Source: an uncultured bacterium (GTDB lineage Bacteria > CSSED10-310 > CAZUFC01). Taken from it: 25,123 nt of DNA. A program made the translations under genes and the position numbers. Location of the stretch: NCBI GenBank assembly GCA_964619725.1, contig CAZUFC010000115.1, positions 1-25,123 of the forward strand, given 5' to 3'. Below the pieces are notes generated by a model. That model worked only from the letters and a program-made list of their open reading frames with translations. It did not search any database and was not told the DNA's origin. How positions within the stretch are numbered: position 1 is the first letter of the stretch; each line of letters opens with the position of its first letter. This document shows positions 18,246 to 25,123 of the stretch, in pieces.

Positions 18246-18899
18246 ATGTATAAAGGACGTTCTTCCCGCTCTTTCAAGGGAAAAAAATATCGTCGTCAAA
18301 AAAGAGACAGACATGAAGCGAAATTGTTCGCCGAATATAATGACCTTCTTTTGGCCAAGCTGGAGAAGACGCTCAGCGAAATAGACCCCAAGATGCTTCA
18401 GCAAATCCGTCATGAAGAAAAAAGAAAACTGATGAAGCTGCATCCGAGTTTCAGCGAAACGGATTGGTCAAGAGGAAATTTTAAACGCTGGCTGGATGTC
18501 CGGGTCAAGCAGCGCATAAAGCGAAGGTTGGATTTTCCCTCATTCGAAGAATGGCTGAAAACAAGAAGCCATGAAGATACACTTGAAGAATCGAGAGAAG
18601 CCAAAGCGCAAAAAGAACAACCTCCGTCAGAACCTCCGTCAGAACCTCCGCCGAAACCACAGTCAAAACCTCCGCCGAAACCCAAAGCCAGGAAAAAAGT
18701 CGCTGAAAAAAGCGAGGCAAACCTGCCCCTGCCGGAAAAACTCATTCATTGCCTGAAGCAGCATCCGGACGGCTTGACGCTTGAGGAGCTGGGAGGCGAA
18801 CTGAATCAAAGCCGTCAGTCATTAATTCATATCGTAACGTCTTTGAGGAAAGAGGATATTTTGACGAAATCGGGCAAGATATGGCAATTGAACCAATGA
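18246..18899 (+). CDS. Basic hypothetical protein with Pro-rich linker and C-terminal winged-helix-like domain
   Basis: C-terminal LKQHPDGLTLEELGGELNQSRQSLIHIVTSLRKEDILTKSGKIW has a wHTH pattern; AAAGGAG upstream; very K/R-rich N-terminus. Confidence 0.75.
   Translation: MYKGRSSRSFKGKKYRRQKRDRHEAKLFAEYNDLLLAKLEKTLSEIDPKMLQQIRHEEKRKLMKLHPSFSETDWSRGNFKRWLDVRVKQRIKRRLDFPSFEEWLKTRSHEDTLEESREAKAQKEQPPSEPPSEPPPKPQSKPPPKPKARKKVAEKSEANLPLPEKLIHCLKQHPDGLTLEELGGELNQSRQSLIHIVTSLRKEDILTKSGKIWQLNQ
18619..18683 (+). repeat. 12-nt tandem repeat (~5 copies) encoding a PPSE/PPPK linker
   Basis: AACCTCCGTCAG x2, AACCTCCGCCGA, AACCACAGTCAA, AACCTCCGCCGA, AACCC. Confidence 0.9.
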
Positions 18900-19007
18900 C
18901 GGCAAAAACGGAAAGAGTCGAAAACCAGTTATTCGGAGCAGCAGCGGGTATACAAATCGTTCATGGAAAAAGCATTAATGTTTTGTGAATGACGTGGGAA
19001 CAGGCTC

Positions 19008-19937
19008 ATGATTCTATCAGTAAACCTGAATTCCATCTTAAATGAAATAATAATTCTGAAAAATTTCCAGATCGGCGAAGAGCATGACATTCTCAAAGTC
19101 ATCAACTCGCCGGGCGGCTGCGGCATAGACGCGGCCAAATCCGTCGTTTCGCTGGGCGGCCGTGTAATCGTGACGGGATTCATAGGCGGAAAGACGGGAC
19201 AGATCATCAAATTACTGTTATTCAAATCATCTATACCTTTTAATTTTATCGAAGTAAAAAGCGAGTCGCCGAAGAATCAGATAATAATGGATTATCAGAG
19301 CAAATCGAAGACATTTTTAAAGAGCGACAGTTTGAGTATCGACAGGAAGGAATTGGATAATTTTTCTCGACTGTTTAAATCGCTTGTTCGGGAATCGAAG
19401 ATAGTCTGTTTTTCCGGGAAAGTTCCGAACGGTCTGCCTCAGAATTTATACAGCGATCTGATACGCTATTGTAAATCCCAGATGGTGGCGACGGTATTGA
19501 ACGGCGTTCAGAAAAGATTCTACGAGAATCTGAAAACGAAGCCTTTTTTAGCGATCCTCGGTTTAAAAGAATTAGAAAAAAAGGCTGGATCGGAATTGAA
19601 AAATATTCAGGACATCCGGGAAGCGCTGGAGGAACACGTCAACGTAGGCCCTTATTTTTCAGCGGTTTTCATACCGCCGAACCAGGTGTTGATTTCAGGC
19701 AAAGGCAATACTTTTCTGGCCATCGCATCGAAAAATGCGGCAACGGAATTGACGAGTCCCATCGATGCTTTTGTGGGAGGTTTCGCCGCCAGTTACAAAC
19801 ATGGTCGCGATCTGGTTAAATCCGTCAACCTGGGCCTGGCGGCGGCATGTGCGCCTCGAAACGAATTAAATACCGGACTGTTCAAAAAGAAAACAGCCCA
19901 GGAACTGGCCAAAGTAGTTAAAGTTGAAAAACTCTAG
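19008..19937 (+). CDS. PfkB/1-phosphofructokinase-family protein with degenerate motifs
   Basis: MILSVNLN, PGGCGIDAA, TGFIGGKTG, SGKVPNGLP, DAFVGGF match the FruK/LacC layout. Confidence 0.88.
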   Translation: MILSVNLNSILNEIIILKNFQIGEEHDILKVINSPGGCGIDAAKSVVSLGGRVIVTGFIGGKTGQIIKLLLFKSSIPFNFIEVKSESPKNQIIMDYQSKSKTFLKSDSLSIDRKELDNFSRLFKSLVRESKIVCFSGKVPNGLPQNLYSDLIRYCKSQMVATVLNGVQKRFYENLKTKPFLAILGLKELEKKAGSELKNIQDIREALEEHVNVGPYFSAVFIPPNQVLISGKGNTFLAIASKNAATELTSPIDAFVGGFAASYKHGRDLVKSVNLGLAAACAPRNELNTGLFKKKTAQELAKVVKVEKL

Positions 19938-20105
19938 TTTCTTTCTTTTTTCATCCTCGAAGAAACAAACACTCATTGAAGAACATAATGCTTCGCTTGC
20001 AGATAATCCTTACGGCCGCGCAGGCGATTCACGTTATCCGGCCTGAATACTCTTTCCTGGAAAAATATCCCGATAAATTTTTTTCTGAGCTTTTTGGGGA
20101 TTAAA

Positions 20106-22619
20106 ATGGATTCAGACATAATCGTTCGTCTTTTAAGTTTACTGTTCCTGTTCGGCGCTGCGGCGTTTTCTTATCGCCAGACAGAAAAAGACGGCGATTA
20201 CCGGGGAACGCGTACCATAATCTTCTTTGTTTTAATAGCAGTTCCTCTTTTTTTTGATGCCCTGCTTTCCATTTCAGAAGCGTACAACGGCATAAAAAAT
20301 ATTCTGCTTTTTTTAGCGGTCATTCCTTCAGCAATCATTCTCTTTTTCAGGAGCGATTCGGGATTCCCTATGGTGAAATCGCCGCTGAATCTTCCGGTAA
20401 TTCTGTTTCTCGCCGTAAACATAATCATGATTCCAGCGGCGCTGAACAAACCGGATGCGATAAACGCGGTCCTCATCCTTTCGGTCCGAGTTATCCTTTT
20501 TTTCATGGCTTCAGCGCTCATATCCCAGCGCAAGGATCGGACGGCGCTTTACAAATTCATCGGTACGGCAGGATTTCTGGTAGGATTATACGGCATTTTC
20601 CAGAGTTTTATGATCGATTTCGTTCCTCTGTCGGACAATTACGATCCTGTTTCGACATTAGGGCACAGAAATGTGGCGGCACAATTTCTGATCATCTGCA
20701 TTCCCTTTATTACAGCCTGGGTCATCGAAACCAGGGATTTGAAATCAGGCATATTCCCCGTGATGTGCCTTATCGTCGCTTCCCTGCACCTTCTGCTGAC
20801 CAAATGCCGGGGTGCCTGGCTGGGAATGCTGGGGGCCGCAGGCCTCCTTTTATTCATCATTTTATTCCTTAAATTAAAGAAAAAAAGGGTCCGCCCAGAA
20901 AACAAAAAACCCGGAAAGAGAGTCATTCCTGTCGTAATCTCCGTGATTTTAATTATTATGCTCAGCATCCCGCTGGGCTATTCCTTCTGGGGCAGATTTC
21001 TTTCTTCCTTCGATCCCGGGAAAGGGACGGCGCGCTTTCGCATCCTGGCCTGGGATGCAACCTTGAAGATAATCAAGGATCATCCTCTGGGCGTCGGCCC
21101 GGCCAATTTCCGCCAGCATTACCCGCTCTACAGGGCATCCGATGAATCTCTTTTCTCCGGAGAACATACTTTCGTTCATAAAACGCACAACGACCACCTT
21201 CAAATCTGGTGCGAACTGGGCATTGCCGGACTCTTCCTGTGGATTTTTCTCCTCACGACGGCGGCGCGCACAGTGATACAAATCTTGAAAAGGCTCCAAA
21301 ACAAGGCCGAGCTGAAATACTTCACACTGGCCTGCATCACATCCGTTGTTGCGACCCTTATTCATTCCTTCTTCAGTTTTAACCTGTCCTTCAGCGCCGC
21401 ATCCTCGGCTTACTTCTGGATCATTCTCGGACTCATAGGCTCTGTTCACAGAAGAATGGACAAGGCCCCCCCCCCTGTTATCAGACTGAAAATTAAAATT
21501 CCATCACCCTTCAGAGAAATCATACCCGCGGTTCTGATCGCTCTCACGGCCTATTTTCTGGTTTTTAAGCCTGTCGCCGCTTCTTATTATCATCAGAGAG
21601 GCAAGGCTGCGCAGGATTCCGGGTATCACCGCGCCGCCGTCAAAGAATTCGACAGGGCCATTCAATACGATCCGACCAATTACGATTATTACCTCAGGCA
21701 GGGCGTCAGCTACGCTCGAATCGGAAAATTCGCCGAGGCTATTCACGCGACCGGGATGGTTCTGAAATATTTCCCGCATTACAGAAATGCCATTTTTAAT
21801 CTCGGCTCGGTCTACGAACAATTGCAGGACTGGGAAAAGGCAGCGGAATATTACCGGCGAGCCGTCGAACTGGACCCTGTCAATCTGTCGGCCACGAATA
21901 ATCTGATCGTCATGTACGTCAAATTGAAAAAATTCCAGAAAGGAATCGAAACGGCCAGGGAAGCGCTCAAAATTCATCCTTACAGCGCGGACATTCACAA
22001 CAACCTGGGAGTCCTCTATTACCATCTCGGTGAATACAGAAAAGCGCTGGAGGAATTTCAGAAAACCGTGGAGCTGCGGCGGAAAATCGTATTCGAATCC
22101 TCAACCGTCAACAATTTTTCCGTAATGGGACGCATAAAGTACAGGTTCGGGGCGTTGAACAGCGCTCAGGAATGGGTATTAAAACCGAACAAGTGGGGAA
22201 TTCTCAAGATTTCACCGAAAACCGGCATCCCCGAAATCCTGGAAGAAGCGCCGGGAGGCGATTTTAAGTGGAATGCGGAAGACAGTTTACTTGTATTGAC
22301 TTTCGAGGATATCCCGGAGGCTGACAGCTTCGTTATGCAATACAGCATAAAAGGCAAAACCGATCATGTAGTAATAGCGAAACGGGACCCCGTATTCGCC
22401 AAGGCATATCTCAATATCGGAAAATGCCTGGAAGAGCTGAATCTGCCTGAAGAGACTCCGCATTATTACAGGCAGGCTCAAAAGCTCCAGCCGGAATATT
22501 ATAAAGCTTACGTTTCCGAGTATAACGTTCTGCTTCAGATGGACGGAGACCGGGAGCGCCTGAGATTCCTGCAAAGTAAGATCGAAGAATTAAAGCAGTC
22601 GAATACGATAAGTAATTAA
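20106..22619 (+). CDS. O-antigen ligase/O-oligosaccharyltransferase-family (Wzy_C) membrane protein with C-terminal TPRs
   Basis: Many TM helices; STLGHRN, TKCRGAWLG, RILAW, PLGVGPANF, THNDHLQIWCELG motifs; multiple TPRs (e.g. ADIHNNLGVLYY). Start at ATG 20106 or TTG 20094. Confidence 0.9.
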   Translation: MDSDIIVRLLSLLFLFGAAAFSYRQTEKDGDYRGTRTIIFFVLIAVPLFFDALLSISEAYNGIKNILLFLAVIPSAIILFFRSDSGFPMVKSPLNLPVILFLAVNIIMIPAALNKPDAINAVLILSVRVILFFMASALISQRKDRTALYKFIGTAGFLVGLYGIFQSFMIDFVPLSDNYDPVSTLGHRNVAAQFLIICIPFITAWVIETRDLKSGIFPVMCLIVASLHLLLTKCRGAWLGMLGAAGLLLFIILFLKLKKKRVRPENKKPGKRVIPVVISVILIIMLSIPLGYSFWGRFLSSFDPGKGTARFRILAWDATLKIIKDHPLGVGPANFRQHYPLYRASDESLFSGEHTFVHKTHNDHLQIWCELGIAGLFLWIFLLTTAARTVIQILKRLQNKAELKYFTLACITSVVATLIHSFFSFNLSFSAASSAYFWIILGLIGSVHRRMDKAPPPVIRLKIKIPSPFREIIPAVLIALTAYFLVFKPVAASYYHQRGKAAQDSGYHRAAVKEFDRAIQYDPTNYDYYLRQGVSYARIGKFAEAIHATGMVLKYFPHYRNAIFNLGSVYEQLQDWEKAAEYYRRAVELDPVNLSATNNLIVMYVKLKKFQKGIETAREALKIHPYSADIHNNLGVLYYHLGEYRKALEEFQKTVELRRKIVFESSTVNNFSVMGRIKYRFGALNSAQEWVLKPNKWGILKISPKTGIPEILEEAPGGDFKWNAEDSLLVLTFEDIPEADSFVMQYSIKGKTDHVVIAKRDPVFAKAYLNIGKCLEELNLPEETPHYYRQAQKLQPEYYKAYVSEYNVLLQMDGDRERLRFLQSKIEELKQSNTISN

Positions 22620-23203
22620 ATCAGCTTTTCCTTTCTGTTTTTCGCTTTAAACACAAGCAGTCCGATCGCGAGCAGCAGAGCGGTTAAGCCGAATCGATTC
22701 ATAACCGGAATAGGAGCGGGAGTCGGAACGACTGTTGGAGAGGGCGTTGCAGTGGGCGCGGCCGTAAAAGTGTTTGTCGGAATTCCAATCCGCTGTTTCT
22801 ACCCCATGAACAGACCGGGCTCCCAGATCGATGTAACCCATCATGAGTTTTTCCGGCTGGTCGAATTGCGGATCATAATTCTCCCCAATATTCGTGAAAA
22901 GATACAAATCACCATTGCCGCTTCCGTCCGAACGGGGCAGCAACAGGTCCTTTTTACCGTCGTTGTTCCAATCAGTTATCTCCAGCGTGTGGTATTCGTA
23001 CCAGAAGAAACCCAGGAGTTCCCCGGAAGTCCTGGTCAATATTTTATGCCCTTCAAATTTGGGTTCGCTTCGGGTTCCCGAATTGAAAACCAGATAATGG
23101 CGACTTGAATCGGTCACCTGGCACAGGATATCCTTCACCCCCTCTTCATCCCAGTCGACAACCCTGGGTATCGAACGGTCTCTGAACATGATCGTCGGCT
23201 CAT
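22616..23203 (-). pseudogene. Disrupted FG-GAP/VCBS-repeat surface protein with PT linker and IPTL-CTERM-like tail
   Basis: Repeats VDWDEEGVKDIL, TDWNNDGKKDLL, ADWNSD lie in one frame; a shifted frame at 22786-22616 encodes a PT-rich linker + IPVMNRFGLTALLLAIGLLVFKAKNRK; the best RBS-ATG (23203) is also out of frame. Confidence 0.75.
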
Positions 23204-23364
23204 CTCTTCCTCCCCTTATTTTAAAAAGGATCATTGCGTATAAAGTTTCCCCAGAAGCAAATCATTCTCTAAATTCTGGAAAACTTGCACTTTCTCTTTA
23301 TTTATAAGATTATTGGAAAAAACGTCAAAAAATAAGGCATTTGTCCCGTGACAAGAGTGTTCTT

Positions 23365-24873
23365 CTAAATTTCAACCGCAAACCGTGAAAGTCCCACGCA
23401 ACCGGAAAAATCGCCTGCCTCCTCAAACAAGGGAGCAACTTCAGTTTCTAGCGACATTTCACGGCCTGATGCGGACATTATTTCAGTCTTGAATGAATAT
23501 ATCGGGCGTTTTTCTTTTTCTAATCGAGAAAAGGCGCGTCTGCTCCTCTCGGCTGCTTCCGGTTTCATAAAAGCGCACGGTCTTTTTCCCAGCAATTCAC
23601 CCGGAGAACAGCCCGTAAATTGATCGGCATGAGGGCCGACATATACGAAAACTCCCTGTGAGTCAACCATCCATATCCAGACGGCTGCGTTTTCAACCAT
23701 CTTCCTGAATAGTTTTTCATTTTGCCTCAGTTCATCATCGGTCTTTTTCATTTCCGTGACATCAATAACCGTACCCTGATAAGCGACGATGCTCTTTGCT
23801 TCATAAATCGCAACCTTCCGGTCTTTCACCCAACGTATTCTTCCTTCGGAATCGATTATCCTGTATTCCTGCTCGAACCGATTAATCCTGTTTTCAGCCT
23901 TTACCCCAGCCTCCCTGAAAACTATCTCGATATCCCCGGGATGAATGATCGAAGCATAGGTCAATCGACCGGAAAGCAACTCTTCCGTAGTATATCCGAA
24001 GCGCCTGATGTTTCCGCTTACGAATTCTACCGGCCAATCCTTCTCGGCTCTCCATCGAAAAAGCACAACAGGACTGCCGTTAATAATTGAACTAGCCAGC
24101 TTTAATGTTTTCTGCATGGAATGATGCTGGTTCGCTAACCTGATGTTGTGCAGAGCAAAAGCCAGGTCCCTGACGACGCCTTCTACAAGAGACTGCTCCT
24201 CTGCATCGTGTAAAAAATGAGCAGGAATGGAAACGGACAGTAAACCGAATATCCGGCCGGCATGCTCCAGTCTGACGGTTATTCCTCCCCGCCCGGAATA
24301 GTTTTTCGATAAAGGGCAGTCCGTACAATACTCCAAAGGCGAATCCGTCGCAGTCGCTCCTGATTTTTCTAACGCACGACGACCGCAACGGGTGAACTTT
24401 CCTTCCTCCATTAATTCAATCATGGGAAGAAAATCATTGCCGAGGCCCGACTCATAAGCTCCGATCAATCGCTTTCCTTCATCAAGATGAGCTATCCACG
24501 CGTTGTAATATCCTCGCGTTTTCGTTAAATTCCGACAAGTCTTCTTCAAAAGCCGGGCGCTGTCATGCTCCTGCGTTATTAAACGGTTTACATTACGTAT
24601 GGCCTCCAGCGACCGGTTCAAATGCGATATCCGGGCTTCCCTCTTCTGCCTCTCCTGTATCTCCTCATTAAGAGCGACCTCCTTGGCCTTGAATTGTCTT
24701 TTCAATCCATTGATCAATACAAGAGAAATTGCAGTAATAATCATCGCCGTCGCAACAATGGAAGCGATATAAAAAAACAATAACCTGTCGCTCAATCCTC
24801 CTGCGTTCGAAATCGAAGCGCCTGCCGCCGCTAAGTTCAGTCCGGCGGCACATGGAAAATTCATCGACGGCAT
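23365..24873 (-). CDS. Membrane-anchored GAF-PAS-PAS sensor protein with no output domain
   Basis: TM helix (LLFFYIASIVATAMIITAISLVLI), coiled coil, GAF (IFGLLSV...EEQSLVEGVVRDLAFAL), PAS (WPVEFVS...IHPGD...IDVTEMK), second PAS, then stop. Start uncertain (24873 has GGAAGG RBS; ORF open to 25068). Confidence 0.85.
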   Translation of the reverse strand: MPSMNFPCAAGLNLAAAGASISNAGGLSDRLLFFYIASIVATAMIITAISLVLINGLKRQFKAKEVALNEEIQERQKREARISHLNRSLEAIRNVNRLITQEHDSARLLKKTCRNLTKTRGYYNAWIAHLDEGKRLIGAYESGLGNDFLPMIELMEEGKFTRCGRRALEKSGATATDSPLEYCTDCPLSKNYSGRGGITVRLEHAGRIFGLLSVSIPAHFLHDAEEQSLVEGVVRDLAFALHNIRLANQHHSMQKTLKLASSIINGSPVVLFRWRAEKDWPVEFVSGNIRRFGYTTEELLSGRLTYASIIHPGDIEIVFREAGVKAENRINRFEQEYRIIDSEGRIRWVKDRKVAIYEAKSIVAYQGTVIDVTEMKKTDDELRQNEKLFRKMVENAAVWIWMVDSQGVFVYVGPHADQFTGCSPGELLGKRPCAFMKPEAAERSRRAFSRLEKEKRPIYSFKTEIMSASGREMSLETEVAPLFEEAGDFSGCVGLSRFAVEI

Positions 24874-24920
24874 GGTGTCCCTTCCATTTATTCTCACGGT
24901 CAAAAAATTATGATTGAAAT

Positions 24921-24942
24921 CATTCGACATTCGACATTCGAC
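24921..24942. repeat. Heptamer tandem repeat (CATTCGA)x3
   Basis: cattcgacattcgacattcgac seen directly. Confidence 0.75.
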
Positions 24943-25123
24943 TGCAGGGTAAAAGCATAATCGCTTTGGAATAGTACATGAAAAACAACGTCTGTTCAAG
25001 TTGTCCGGAAAATTTTCAGCGGGATATGGAGCGTCAGGCAAAATTCGCCCTTTATGCACAAAAACCAACTAGTGTCTGTCCACAAACTCGAAGCCCGATT
25101 CAAAATTTAATGCTGGACAGCCA

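Noticed and set aside
18619-18683. Possible CRISPR or iteron array
   Set aside because: 12-nt units with no spacers, in frame within a CDS.
22077-22385. Intein within the TPR region
   Set aside because: No N-terminal Cys/Ser, no C-terminal His-Asn and no +1 nucleophile.
22647-22775. C-terminus of the 195-aa ORF (KHFYGRAHCNALS...)
   Set aside because: Appears to be out-of-frame read-through; the alternative frame gives a coherent linker-TM-basic tail.

Overview
Chromosomal window from a probably anaerobic, uncultured-type diderm bacterium (standard genetic code). In order: the 5' ~560 nt of a 16S rRNA gene on the minus strand, with tandem promoters and boxB/boxA; a divergent two-gene operon of twin-arginine-signal proteins (DUF362 lipoprotein + AmmeMemoRadiSam radical SAM enzyme AmrS); a 1314-aa multi-PAS hybrid histidine kinase; an ECF sigma factor with a double zinc-finger/TM/TPR anti-sigma, divergent from a TolB-like lipoprotein; a 7-gene minus-strand specialised fatty-acid/type II PKS-like cluster (LpxL-type acyltransferase, B12-radical SAM, atypical FabD-like AT, FabG, FabZ, active KS, Cys-less KS/CLF, no ACP); a winged-helix protein with a Pro-rich repeat; a degenerate PfkB protein; an O-antigen-ligase/TPR protein with an inserted domain; a disrupted FG-GAP-repeat gene whose hidden reading frame carries a PT linker and IPTL-CTERM-like tail; and a TM-GAF-PAS-PAS sensor with no output domain. 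The best candidates for new biology are the lipid-tailoring cluster with rewired active sites and the Tat-exported radical SAM/DUF362 pair. All calls come from motif reading by eye; no searches were run.
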